Assembly (NCBI GenBank): GCA_041737385.1
Contig: JBGSRU010000002.1
Location: 397,437 to 461,436 of the forward strand
Direction of reading: 5' to 3'
DNA: 64,000 nucleotides
From: Candidatus Saccharimonadales bacterium
GTDB taxonomy: Bacteria > Patescibacteriota > Saccharimonadia > Saccharimonadales > SZUA-47
The number at the start of each line of letters is the position of its first letter. The stretch's first letter is position 1. The translations under genes were made by a program, and so were the position numbers. Shown here piece by piece: positions 8,283-18,052 of the stretch. The notes under the pieces were generated by a model. That model saw only the letters and a list, made by a program, of their open reading frames with translations. It was not told the DNA's origin and did no database searches.

Positions 8283-9680
8283 TTATTTCCAGTTGGCAAT
8301 ATATTTTTCTATGTCGAATCGGCGTTCTAGACCTCCACGATTCATATAGCGAATTTTGCCGAACACGCTTCGCTCAAACCACGGCCTGTCGTGTATCCCT
8401 GCGATCGACCACATGATGCCCGTATAGCCGTTAGGATCTCCGCCGTCGATTGAATATTTATCATTAAGATATATGGCTATCTGAATCGCTTCTTCGGCGC
8501 TGGACGACCATTCGAGAATTTTCTTGGCCCAGTACATCCGCATATAGCCGTGCATTTTTCCGGTTTGCATCATTTCGTTCTGCGCTGCATTCCATGCGTC
8601 ATCATGAGTAATGGCCGCCTCCCATTGGTCTAAGTTATAAATAAACTCTCTTTCGTCGTTTTCATGCTCACCGAGACTTTTCTTGGCCCAGTCTTTTGCG
8701 CCGTCCAGACGGTCATAGTCCTTGTTATAAAAACAGTAATTATCGGCTAGCTCTTTTCGTACGATGAGCTCCTCAAGCAGTGCATTTATACTATCCATCT
8801 TCGTTGGTGTGCCTTCGTATGATACCAATTTACCTCTTAGGAAAAGTAGCGGGGGTTCAGAAGCCGCATTTAGAAGCTCTAACGCGACTCGTAATGACGA
8901 AATATGGCCAAAGTGCAGGTAAGGACTTAGGTTACTTTGTCCATTTTCTGTTGGAATATTCCTTTTCGTTGCATATTCTTCGAGGCCAGAGCCAATAAAG
9001 TCCTTCAGTTGTTTATTCGCAGCTTTTTCTCCGGCCTTGTAGGTATACTTGACACCAGTTATATCTGCTTCGACAAGTACGCGGGCTTCTGAAATAGACA
9101 AAGATTCTATTCCACCGCTTACTTCATGTGGATGTTTCACTATTTTTTCTGGCTCAACTACCCACGATTCTAGGTTTTTATGAATCTTGTTTCTAATTGT
9201 ATGAGCTGCGTATTCTTCTTTATCTGACAAAACCCAAAGTGGGATTATGTTATGCGTATCAACAACTGTGCAAGGTATATTCAAGCTTTTAGAAATTGTT
9301 TTTTGCATAGCTCTCACCCCTTTTAGTGAGTTGAAGTCAAAAAATAGTTCTTTGGCGTGAAGCTTTTCAACAATCTCCGGAATTGCTTCAACAGGATTAC
9401 CAGAAACAATAACAAATTGAATATGCAGCGCTTCAAGCTGAGATTTAACATCTTCTAGTCCATCAAGCATAAAATCATACTGTTCTTTTGAGCGAACTCC
9501 TGATTTTGGTAACAAGATGAACACGACGGCTAATGGCAGTTTACTCTCTAATGCAAATTTTTGAGCAGCGAGTAGCGCATGATTGTCATGAACACGTTGG
9601 TCGCGCGACATGACGTAGACTACGCATTCACCGTCTACAGATACTGCGTTATTTAATTTAAGTTGTCGTGCTTCTTGCAT
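8283..9680 (-). CDS. phr: deoxyribodipyrimidine photolyase, class II type
   Basis: 465 aa. 'GKMHGYMRMYWAKKILEWS' and 'DPNGYTGIMWSIAGIHDRPW' are characteristic of class II CPD photolyases. Confidence 0.85.
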   Translation of the reverse strand: MQEARQLKLNNAVSVDGECVVYVMSRDQRVHDNHALLAAQKFALESKLPLAVVFILLPKSGVRSKEQYDFMLDGLEDVKSQLEALHIQFVIVSGNPVEAIPEIVEKLHAKELFFDFNSLKGVRAMQKTISKSLNIPCTVVDTHNIIPLWVLSDKEEYAAHTIRNKIHKNLESWVVEPEKIVKHPHEVSGGIESLSISEARVLVEADITGVKYTYKAGEKAANKQLKDFIGSGLEEYATKRNIPTENGQSNLSPYLHFGHISSLRVALELLNAASEPPLLFLRGKLVSYEGTPTKMDSINALLEELIVRKELADNYCFYNKDYDRLDGAKDWAKKSLGEHENDEREFIYNLDQWEAAITHDDAWNAAQNEMMQTGKMHGYMRMYWAKKILEWSSSAEEAIQIAIYLNDKYSIDGGDPNGYTGIMWSIAGIHDRPWFERSVFGKIRYMNRGGLERRFDIEKYIANWK

Positions 9681-9926
9681 AGATATATCATATCGGATGC
9701 GCTCAAGTTATCGAGTATAATTATTCGTATATGAACTACAATGCCAAGCAGTTTCCAAAAAAAATAAAAGCGAGGATACAGCGACACAAAAGAGTTCGTT
9801 ATCATAACGACGCGGTGCTTTTTCCAGACGATTCTGCTGGGGCTGATCGAAAAAGAAGAAAAAATATAAAGAAAAGAGATCTTTAAGCTATCCGCAAATG
9901 TCGGTTTGATTGCGTATACTAGTATT

Positions 9927-10727
9927 ATGATCACAGAACTTACGCTCAACAACTCAAATAAAATACCACTTGTCGGCCTTGGTACGTGGCGGATGGCTGA
10001 GGTAACCTATGATAGCGTTCTCACCGCGCTAAAAGCCGGCTATCGGCATATTGATACCGCAACGATCTATAACAACGAAGAAGAAGTGGGCAGAGCAATC
10101 GCTGATTCAGGAATCGCCCGCACAGAACTGTTTATAACTACCAAGTTGTGGAACGATGACCACGATGATGTTGGGGCAGCATTTGACCTCAGCCTAAAGA
10201 AGCTTGGATTGGAGTATGTTGATCTGTACTTGATGCACTGGCCGGTTCCAACTCGTGTTGAGTCCTATAAACAGATGGAGAAAATTTTCAACTCGGGGAA
10301 GGCGAAAGCAATCGGTGTATCCAACTTTACCATCAGGCATCTAGACAGTTTCTTGCTCCAAGTTACCGTTACTCCAACGGTCAATCAAGTCGAGTTCAAC
10401 CCATTTTTAAACCAGAAAGAGCTGCTTAATTATTGTCAAAGTAAAAACATCGTTTTAGAAGCTTATGGCCCATTAACACACGCTCACAAACTATCTGATG
10501 ATAGACTAGCCACTATGGCTGAAAAATACGGTAAATCACCAGCCCAAATTATGCTCCGCTGGTCAACTCAGCAGGGGATAGTCGTCTTACCAAAATCTCA
10601 AACAAAAAGTCGCATTATAGAGAATCTCACTATTTTCGACTTCACCATTTCTGATGCAGACATGGCAGAAATCAGTAGTTGGAACGAAGACGCTCGCTTT
10701 TGTAACGATCCCACTGATATGCCCTAA
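9927..10727 (+). CDS. aldo/keto reductase (2,5-diketo-D-gluconate reductase-like)
   Basis: 'IPLVGLGTWRM', 'GYRHIDTATIYNNEEEVG' and 'LYLMHWP'. I prefer the ATG at 9927 over the TTG at 9906. Confidence 0.85.
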   Translation: MITELTLNNSNKIPLVGLGTWRMAEVTYDSVLTALKAGYRHIDTATIYNNEEEVGRAIADSGIARTELFITTKLWNDDHDDVGAAFDLSLKKLGLEYVDLYLMHWPVPTRVESYKQMEKIFNSGKAKAIGVSNFTIRHLDSFLLQVTVTPTVNQVEFNPFLNQKELLNYCQSKNIVLEAYGPLTHAHKLSDDRLATMAEKYGKSPAQIMLRWSTQQGIVVLPKSQTKSRIIENLTIFDFTISDADMAEISSWNEDARFCNDPTDMP

Positions 10728-10749
10728 TTTAAGTTTTCATAAAAATAGT

Positions 10750-10786
10750 AAAACCACCACCTGCATTAACAGATGGTGGTTTTTTG
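10750..10786. terminator. bidirectional rho-independent terminator
   Basis: AAAACCACCA pairs with TGGTGGTTTT across a 14-nt loop. It is A-rich upstream and has a T tract downstream, and sits between convergent genes. Confidence 0.65.
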
Positions 10787-10802
10787 AACTAAACACTTCT
10801 AA

Positions 10803-11627
10803 CTAGTTAGTTGTGTTGCCGTTGTTTTGTGTTGTTGTTGTCGTGTTAGTGTCATTATCCTCAGTTGTATTTCCTGAGTTAGTTGTGTTGCCGTTGTTTG
10901 TATTAGTTGTTGGTGCGTTAGTTGTAGTAGTAGAATTACCAGAGTTCGTGGCTGTGGTGTTGCCGTTGTTTGTATTAGTTGTTGGTGCGTTAGTTGTCGT
11001 GGTGGTAGTAATGGTGGTGGGCGCATTTGTGTTACCACTGTTTCGGTTATCGGTATTACCACTGTTTCGGTTATCAACTCTTGTTGTAGCAGTTGAGTTA
11101 CCAGAATTTCGGTTGTCAGTATTACCACTGTTTCGGTTATCGGTATTAGTCATAGACATAGAGTTTCCGCTGAATCTACTGTCGGTGTTACCACTATTCC
11201 GGTTGTCAGTATTACCACTGTTTCTATTGTCGGTATTACCTTGGTTGCGATTGTCACTCGTCGTCGTGGTGGTGGTCGTGTTGGTAATAGTAGTATCGTT
11301 GTCTTCGTTTATTTGCATTGGCCCGTGTGGAAATACGCTTAGTACAGTGTACTTTTTGCCATTAAGTACAACTTCGCTGTTAACACCTAGTACTTGACCA
11401 GCTGTAGGTGTTGTTGGCTCGGTACACATACCTGCATTAGAACCTGATTCTGCCACAACATATTGTGGTGATGCAGTATTGCTTTGTTGCGCTGATGCGC
11501 TACTTCCATTTACTACCATGCTAGTTACAAAGTAGACCATTCCCATCATAAGCACCATCATAACGATCATGAAACCCATAACTTGGGCTGGTGAGAAATT
11601 TATATTATATTCGGCTTTAGCTGCCAT
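10803..11627 (-). CDS. membrane-anchored Thr/Asn-rich tandem-repeat envelope protein
   Basis: I place the start at 11627, where AAGGAGG lies 8 nt upstream. It has the signal-anchor 'VMGFMIVMMVLMMGMVYFVTSMVV', a small globular segment, about 9 copies of 'DNRNSGNT', and 'NAPTTNTNNGNTT' repeats. Confidence 0.6.
   Translation of the reverse strand: MAAKAEYNINFSPAQVMGFMIVMMVLMMGMVYFVTSMVVNGSSASAQQSNTASPQYVVAESGSNAGMCTEPTTPTAGQVLGVNSEVVLNGKKYTVLSVFPHGPMQINEDNDTTITNTTTTTTTSDNRNQGNTDNRNSGNTDNRNSGNTDSRFSGNSMSMTNTDNRNSGNTDNRNSGNSTATTRVDNRNSGNTDNRNSGNTNAPTTITTTTTTNAPTTNTNNGNTTATNSGNSTTTTNAPTTNTNNGNTTNSGNTTEDNDTNTTTTTQNNGNTTN
10813..11256 (-). repeat. nested coding tandem repeats (24-nt and 72-nt periods)
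   Basis: 24-nt units of GGTATTACCACTGTTTCGGTTATC span 11029-11256. The 41-nt block GTGTTGCCGTTGTTTGTATTAGTTGTTGGTGCGTTAGTTGT occurs at 10885-10925 and 10957-10997. Confidence 0.85.
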
Positions 11628-11743
11628 AGAGTAATCCTCCTTATATTGATAAGATGTCCCCTCACCGGATCTTTTTTGATCGTACGCCCATTTGATTGTG
11701 GTGTAAATCGATTTTATTAACCATGAGCAATTTAAAGCGAGGC

Positions 11744-11752
11744 TTATCCACA
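11744..11752 (+). promoter_or_regulatory. perfect DnaA-box consensus 9-mer TTATCCACA
   Basis: Exact match, in the divergent intergenic region between 11627 and 11878. Confidence 0.25.
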
Positions 11753-11877
11753 TATATTTTTCAGACTATGCAAGCTGAGCAAGCGTTAGCATCTTACGGT
11801 TGTAAAAACCACTCCACAGAATTTTATACATAGCCACATACCCGCCAAAATGCTAATCAGTGGTAAACTGTTAGCCA

Positions 11878-13536
11878 ATGATTGCGCATTTTCAAGTATA
11901 CGAAAAGAGTTTTGGCTCTAAAATTCTCTATGAAGGCCTAGAGATACGTCTAAGTGCGCACGAAAAAGTGGGCTTGATTGGACGCAACGGTACGGGCAAA
12001 ACAACACTTCTAAACATCATCTCGGGCGTAGACAAAGATTTTGACGGTGAAATACACATCAAGCAGGGAATGACCATGGTCGCAAGCAGGCAAGAGCATC
12101 ATGAGTTTGAAGAGGTTAATATTGTTGATTACATATCAGGTGATCTACCTGAATTTGCCAAACTAAAGCACATTATCGATACCTATCCGGCTCATATGGG
12201 TTCGAGCGAGACGAAGATGCAAAAATATGCTGATGCGCTTGACCGATTTGGCCAGCTCGGCTACTACGAAGTTGCCAGCCAGATCAAAATGATGTTAGAG
12301 GCCTACCAAATTGATTCATCAATGGCTGATGGTACTCTCGACAAACTTAGTGGTGGACAAAAACGTATGGTGGAGCTAGTCAAAGTTCAACGAGCCAAAG
12401 CGCATATTGCACTTATTGACGAGCCAACCAACCACATGGACTACGTCGCAAAAGCTGCGTTTATAGACTGGATGAAAGCAACCAACGATGCGGTTATTGT
12501 CATCACACACGACCGCGATGTATTGCAAGTTGTCGATAAAATTATTGAGGTTAGAGACGGTAAAGCAGAAGAATTCCGCGGGAATTACGATGCATACCTT
12601 AAAATAAACTCAACACGTATGAGTACTCAGGTTAATGAATTCAGTGTTCGGGAATCACGCATGGAAAATCTTAAGGGCGATATAATTCGCTTCAAGAGAT
12701 TCAAAGAAAAAGCCCATGACTCTGATACGGTTGCGCAGTTCAAACGGCTTGAAAACACCGCACGTGATGAGTTAGAAAAGTTGCAGGCTATGGATAAACC
12801 GAGTTTCTGGATCGACCAAGATTCAGCAAGTCAGCTCAATACTAAAATCTCAGCAGCTTACAGCAAACATAAGGCGAAAAACATCTCAATCGACACAAAA
12901 ACGAAGTCTGATAGTTCTTCAAACAGAAAACTGATAGATGTACAGGACCTAAGCCTCGGCTATGATCATCCGCTGTTTAGCGATATCAAGTTTCAGTTGC
13001 GCGAAGGCGAGCGCATCGAGTTCCGTGGACGTAATGGTGTCGGTAAATCGACGCTCGCCAAAGCAATTATTGCGACCGCAACGGGGAAAAAGCTGGAAAG
13101 CGAAATATATGGTGGCGTCATCGATGTTGAGCCACAAACACTTATCGGTGTCTACGAACAAGAGCTGCCCGAGAGTTACATGAACTACACCCTAGAAGGT
13201 GCTATCGAACAAGCATATCACGATAAAAAACTCTCAATTACCGGACAGAAAGTTCGACAACTTATGGGGCAATACCTTTTTAACATTCAAACTGACATTG
13301 ATATGCCTGTTTCTAAGCTAAGTGGTGGACAAAAAGCGCGACTACAACTCATCAATATGCTTGCCGGCGATCCGAGCATATTACTGCTCGACGAGCCAAC
13401 AAACCACCTAGACCTCCCAAGTATCGAAGAGCTCGAATCAGCACTCAAGCAATACCACGGTGCGATTATCTACATCTCTCACGACAGCTACTTCACCGAA
13501 AAGCTCGGCGGAACTGTGCTCAAAATAGGTAGCTAG
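11878..13536 (+). CDS. ABC-F family ATPase (two ABC domains, no TMD)
   Basis: Two Walker A motifs ('GRNGTGKTT', 'GRNGVGKST'), two 'LSGGQ' signatures, and a charged inter-domain linker. Confidence 0.85.
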   Translation: MIAHFQVYEKSFGSKILYEGLEIRLSAHEKVGLIGRNGTGKTTLLNIISGVDKDFDGEIHIKQGMTMVASRQEHHEFEEVNIVDYISGDLPEFAKLKHIIDTYPAHMGSSETKMQKYADALDRFGQLGYYEVASQIKMMLEAYQIDSSMADGTLDKLSGGQKRMVELVKVQRAKAHIALIDEPTNHMDYVAKAAFIDWMKATNDAVIVITHDRDVLQVVDKIIEVRDGKAEEFRGNYDAYLKINSTRMSTQVNEFSVRESRMENLKGDIIRFKRFKEKAHDSDTVAQFKRLENTARDELEKLQAMDKPSFWIDQDSASQLNTKISAAYSKHKAKNISIDTKTKSDSSSNRKLIDVQDLSLGYDHPLFSDIKFQLREGERIEFRGRNGVGKSTLAKAIIATATGKKLESEIYGGVIDVEPQTLIGVYEQELPESYMNYTLEGAIEQAYHDKKLSITGQKVRQLMGQYLFNIQTDIDMPVSKLSGGQKARLQLINMLAGDPSILLLDEPTNHLDLPSIEELESALKQYHGAIIYISHDSYFTEKLGGTVLKIGS

Positions 13537-14511
13537 TTAATCATTTTTCTCGAAGTCGCTCTCATCTTCTATCTCGTGACCGATAGTTTCTTCGATCATG
13601 TCTTCTAATGTCACAATACCAATGACCTTTTTGTCTTTCTCAACTAAAAGTAAGTGGCGTTTTGCTGCGATAAATATGCGAAACATTGTATCTAGAGCGG
13701 TCATTGAGCCAACTGTTTTAGTTCGATAGGTTTTGAGGTCTTTTATGTGCATCGGTTTGTCAGAAAAATCCATGTCTACCAAATCTTTTAGCATTAAGAA
13801 ACTTCTGGACTGCGTTAAGCGTTTGTTGAAGATTGGAATACGCGAATAGTTTTGCTTTTTTAGCTCTTCTATTTTTGATTGGTCAATAATCTCATCTTCA
13901 AACAGATAATAGGTGCTGTCGAGGGGCGTCATTATGTCTCGTACACGCTTTTCACTGAGCTGAATAGCGTTTTGCACAATCTCTACTTCGTCTTCATCAA
14001 GTTCACTCTCGCCAATAAGATGATCAGCGACGAGTAAACTAAGTTCATTTCGAGTATGAAGCGAGGTCTTCGTAACACCAACTAGTTTATCGAGCAGTGC
14101 TGAGAGTGGTTTAGTGATGGGATACCCAGCATATGCAAAAAAAGTAATCAAAGGAGCGAAGATAGAAATCGCCTTCATCGCACGACTGACCGCAATTGCT
14201 TGAGGAGTTATTTCTGCAAAAACGACGAGCAAAATCGTACTAATAAATACTGCGTATAAACCACTTAATTGGTCACCCAGCACAATTGATGCGCTCGATG
14301 CAAAAGCAACATTTGCAAGCAAAATTCCAGACAAATAAAAATGTACATGGTTCCTGATAATAAGAGCACGCTTAGCATGTCTTGAGCCCAACTTAGCTTT
14401 GTGCCTTAAATCACGGTTATTAAGTGAAAGAAGTGCAACATTCAACCCTGAGCACACAGCGGAAGCACCCACGAGAACGATAGCTAAGAAAATTAGTAAA
14501 CTGACGCTCAT
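13537..14511 (-). CDS. CNNM/DUF21 + CBS-pair transporter-like protein (CorC/TlyC family)
   Basis: A DUF21-type TM region is followed by a CBS pair. I prefer the start 'MSVSLLIFLAIV' at 14511. Its stop codon abuts the ABC-F stop with no gap. Confidence 0.75.
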   Translation of the reverse strand: MSVSLLIFLAIVLVGASAVCSGLNVALLSLNNRDLRHKAKLGSRHAKRALIIRNHVHFYLSGILLANVAFASSASIVLGDQLSGLYAVFISTILLVVFAEITPQAIAVSRAMKAISIFAPLITFFAYAGYPITKPLSALLDKLVGVTKTSLHTRNELSLLVADHLIGESELDEDEVEIVQNAIQLSEKRVRDIMTPLDSTYYLFEDEIIDQSKIEELKKQNYSRIPIFNKRLTQSRSFLMLKDLVDMDFSDKPMHIKDLKTYRTKTVGSMTALDTMFRIFIAAKRHLLLVEKDKKVIGIVTLEDMIEETIGHEIEDESDFEKND

Positions 14512-14613
14512 ATATGTCAAATAGTATGACACATGTTCAGTGCAGTTTTTATGGTAGAATATCAATAGAAAAGAATAAGCAGTTTCAAGCTGTAGGACAA
14601 AAGAGAACAAAGA

Positions 14614-15849
14614 GTGGGATTATTTAGTAAAAAAGGCTCGACAAGCCAAGTAGCCTCGTTTCAAAACGAGAAGCAAAAAGCTGATATTATCATCAATAGT
14701 ATTGATGATGGCGTTGTACTGATTGACGCTGGCAACGTTATTCATGTCTTTAACCCTAGTAGCGCTCATATGACCGGCTGGGCACAGGCTGAAGCTGTCG
14801 GATTAGATTATCGATCAATCCTAAAATTCGTCGATGAAAAAGGTACGATTATTGAAGATAGCGCGCACCCATTTCAGCGCGTACTATCAACAGGTGAGGC
14901 GCTTCGAGACAACACCGCAGTGATATCCCAAAAAGACGGCAAACAGCTTTCAGTTGACGTAAGCGTATCACCTCTTATTGACGCGAACAAACGTCCGACT
15001 GGAGCAGTTGCAATCTTGCGTGATGTCCAAGAACAACGAAAACAAGACAAGCAACGTGCTGATTTCATTAGTACTGCCAGTCATGAAATGCGTACTCCTG
15101 TCGCTGCTATCGAAGGCTATTTAGCGCTAGCGCTTAATGACAAAGTCGCACAGATTGACGTAAAAGCAAGGTCATATCTAGAAAAAGCCCACGCCAGTAC
15201 ACAACACCTTGGAAAATTGTTTCAAGATTTACTCACTAGTGCGAGAGCAGAGGACGGAAGACTAACAAACCATCCAACTGTTGTCGAGATGGGCGAATTC
15301 ACTGAAAAACTTGTTGAAGATTTGAAGTTTACTGCGGAGAAAAAAGGGCTGCTACTTGAGCTACTCATGGGATCACAAAGCGAAGCATCGAGAAGTATAG
15401 ATGCAAGCAAGAAGATCGTACGACCGCTTCTCTATGCCAGCGTCGATGCAGATCGTTTCAGGGAAGTTATTACGAACTTATTCGATAATGCAGTGAAATA
15501 CACTGAATCTGGCAAAATTTCCGTTGGAATAACCGGCGATAACGACGTGGTCCAGTTTCATATTACCGACACAGGACCAGGAATACCGAAAGAAGATCTT
15601 GGGCATTTATTCCAGAAATTTTACCGTGTCGACAACTCAGCTACTCGCACTATAGGCGGTACAGGGCTTGGCCTCTACATATGTAAGAAGATAATAGACT
15701 TATACAGTGGTCGTATCTGGGTCGAGAGTGAAGTTGGTAAGGGCAGTACGTTTTATATCAACATCCCACGGCTTTCGAGCGACAAAGCACGCACTATGTT
15801 GACCAAGGAAGCCAGCGCGCAACCAGAGATTCAAAATGCAAAATTATGA
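14614..15849 (+). CDS. cytoplasmic PAS-domain sensor histidine kinase
   Basis: GTG start, no TM segment, a PAS-like N-terminus, H-box 'FISTASHEMRTP', N-box 'LFDNAVKYT', and 'DTGPGI...GGTGLGL'. Confidence 0.8.
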   Translation: MGLFSKKGSTSQVASFQNEKQKADIIINSIDDGVVLIDAGNVIHVFNPSSAHMTGWAQAEAVGLDYRSILKFVDEKGTIIEDSAHPFQRVLSTGEALRDNTAVISQKDGKQLSVDVSVSPLIDANKRPTGAVAILRDVQEQRKQDKQRADFISTASHEMRTPVAAIEGYLALALNDKVAQIDVKARSYLEKAHASTQHLGKLFQDLLTSARAEDGRLTNHPTVVEMGEFTEKLVEDLKFTAEKKGLLLELLMGSQSEASRSIDASKKIVRPLLYASVDADRFREVITNLFDNAVKYTESGKISVGITGDNDVVQFHITDTGPGIPKEDLGHLFQKFYRVDNSATRTIGGTGLGLYICKKIIDLYSGRIWVESEVGKGSTFYINIPRLSSDKARTMLTKEASAQPEIQNAKL

Positions 15850-15914
15850 CAAGACGTGTACAATAGTAACTAATATACATAAGCTTTAAGCAGCGAAGGG
15901 TAACAATCAGCAGC

Positions 15915-17096
15915 ATGGCGAAAATTCTACTGGTAGAGGACGACAACAATCTACGCGAAATTTATGAAGCTCGATTAATGGCGGAGGGTTACGAAATCGT
16001 GACGGCACGTGACGGTGAAGAAGCCTTAACGGTGGCAATGAAAGAAAAGCCAGATCTTATAATTTCTGATGTCATGATGCCCAAAATTAGCGGATTTGAC
16101 ATGCTTGATATACTACGCACAACTGAAGAGACTAAAAACGTTAAAGTTATTATGATGACCGCTTTGTCCCAAGCAGAAGACAAAGCACGAGCTGAAAAAC
16201 TAGGTGCCGACAGATACCTTGTAAAATCGCAAGTAACGCTAGAAGATGTTGCAAAAGTAGCAAAAGAAGTACTTGAAGGCGATTCAGGCGGTTCAGTGTC
16301 TAGCACACCGACGCCTCAGCCAGCCTCTAGTGATAATGACTTAGCAGTACCTGTAGTTAGTACGCCTGAACCAATAGAACCCGCCCCCACAGCACCGATA
16401 CAAGTTGTTGAGACACCAGAACCGACACCGACAGTAGAAGAATCCGCAGCAGCCCCTCCGGCAGCGCCCATGGCTCCAGCAGCTCCCCAACCAGCACCCG
16501 TAGCAGAGCCAACTCCCGTCCCAGTAGCTGTTACTGCTCCTGTTGAAGAGCCTGTTGCGCAACAACCGGTTGCCCCAATTGAGCAAACAGCAGTAAGCGA
16601 AGAAAAAGCTATTGCTGAGCAGATAGAAGGCCTCATGGCTCAACAAGCTCAAGCCAGCGCTCCTATTCCTACTGCAGTCACAGAACCAACAACGGTGCCT
16701 GTGGTAACGCCTCCAGCTGAGCCAGCACCTCCGGCAACAGCTCCAGTTGTACCAGAGCCTATCGTACAACTAACTGCACCCGTTCCAGAACCCGCAATTG
16801 CACCAGCTCCAGCTACTGTTACTCCTGTAATAGAGGAGCCTACAGCTCAGCAGGCTGTCGAAGTTAAATCGAACAAAAGAGTCATCGAGCCAATCAACGA
16901 TATCAACGCTGATATGAAACCAAAACTCGACGAGCTACTTGCGAAGGAAGAAGAAGCTGAACAAATGTCAACTGTTGCTACCAATATGATGCAGCAGGTT
17001 GCGTCAACCACGCCCGCATCCGCACCTCCGACTGACGAAGCGATACAACCACCATCACCAGATACTAAAATAGATCCGAACTCCATAGCACTCTAA
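15915..17096 (+). CDS. response regulator receiver with ~270-aa Pro/Ala/Thr/Val-rich C-terminal extension
   Basis: REC domain ('LLVEDD', 'DLIISDVMMP', 'LVKS') followed by low-complexity PAPT-rich sequence. I recognise no DNA-binding or enzymatic output domain. Confidence 0.75.
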   Translation: MAKILLVEDDNNLREIYEARLMAEGYEIVTARDGEEALTVAMKEKPDLIISDVMMPKISGFDMLDILRTTEETKNVKVIMMTALSQAEDKARAEKLGADRYLVKSQVTLEDVAKVAKEVLEGDSGGSVSSTPTPQPASSDNDLAVPVVSTPEPIEPAPTAPIQVVETPEPTPTVEESAAAPPAAPMAPAAPQPAPVAEPTPVPVAVTAPVEEPVAQQPVAPIEQTAVSEEKAIAEQIEGLMAQQAQASAPIPTAVTEPTTVPVVTPPAEPAPPATAPVVPEPIVQLTAPVPEPAIAPAPATVTPVIEEPTAQQAVEVKSNKRVIEPINDINADMKPKLDELLAKEEEAEQMSTVATNMMQQVASTTPASAPPTDEAIQPPSPDTKIDPNSIAL

Positions 17097-17136
17097 CCTC
17101 TATCGACTTCGCTGGTGACTTTGCTACACTATTATT

Positions 17137-17796
17137 ATGAGACTTAACCGCTTTATAGCGCAGTATTCTGAATTATCACGTCGAAAAGCAGATCAGCTGA
17201 TCGCCGACGGAGAGGTGGTTGTCAACCGCAAAGTCGCAAATCTAGGAACACAAGTATCAGAAGAAGATCAAATAGTTGTAGCTGGCAAAAAACTCATTGC
17301 TGTCAAACGGGAATATACAACCGTGCTGCTTCACAAACCTGTTGGTTATGTGTGCAGTAAAGACGGGCAGGGGGCTCCAACTGTCTACGATTTACTACAA
17401 AACCGCATGCAGGACCTCAACATTGCTGGTAGATTAGATAAGGATTCGAGTGGACTCATCGTATTAACTGACGACGGACAATTACTTCAAGAACTTACCC
17501 ACCCGAGCAATGACAAAGAAAAAATCTATCACGTTATGCTCAACAAACCGCTTGAAGACGGTTTGATAGCTACATTGGCCAAAGGTGTAGATATTAACGA
17601 CGACCGGCTTAGCAAGCTCATGGTGACACCAATGAGCAAACTAGACAGTTACGAAGTGAGCATCCACGAAGGACGTAACAGGCAGATCAGGCGAAGCTTT
17701 GAGGTGCTCGGTTATCAAATCGTAAGCCTCCACCGTATTCAACTTGGTCCCTACAAACTAGAGACACTCGCTCCAAAACAAATGAAAATACTATAG
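17137..17796 (+). CDS. pseudouridine synthase, RsuA/RluB family
   Basis: N-terminal S4 domain plus the catalytic 'GRLDKDSSGLIVLTDDG'. Confidence 0.8.
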   Translation: MRLNRFIAQYSELSRRKADQLIADGEVVVNRKVANLGTQVSEEDQIVVAGKKLIAVKREYTTVLLHKPVGYVCSKDGQGAPTVYDLLQNRMQDLNIAGRLDKDSSGLIVLTDDGQLLQELTHPSNDKEKIYHVMLNKPLEDGLIATLAKGVDINDDRLSKLMVTPMSKLDSYEVSIHEGRNRQIRRSFEVLGYQIVSLHRIQLGPYKLETLAPKQMKIL

Positions 17797-18052
17797 ACTT
17801 TTAGTAAAATTTATGCTATAGTATATAGATGCATGTAACTGATGATTTTCTCGATTTTGCTCCGCAAATAGGGCAGGACAATCCTCATATTTATCAATCT
17901 TTGTATAGGAACGGAGCTGAGCCAGCGTTGCTTGAAAGTGGGCTTGGTGCAGTTACGTTTACTCAACTCAACAAGTACTGCCTTATTATTGGAAGCACCA
18001 CGACGCTAGCACGCTACCTGAAGCATTAGCTGAGGGCGTAGATACATCAGAA

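Noticed and set aside
10799-11397. Long alternate-frame and antisense ORFs (10799-11128 -, 10813-11397 +) overlapping the repeat protein gene
   Set aside because: They are artefacts of low-complexity tandem repeats that stay open in several frames. Only the 10803-11627 frame has an SD, a signal-anchor and a coherent domain layout.
16316-17086. Antisense ORFs inside the response-regulator tail (16316-16636, 16341-16769, 16847-17086)
   Set aside because: GC-rich, low-complexity Pro/Ala coding sequence stays open on the opposite strand. The translations are Cys/Gly/Ser-rich with no start context.
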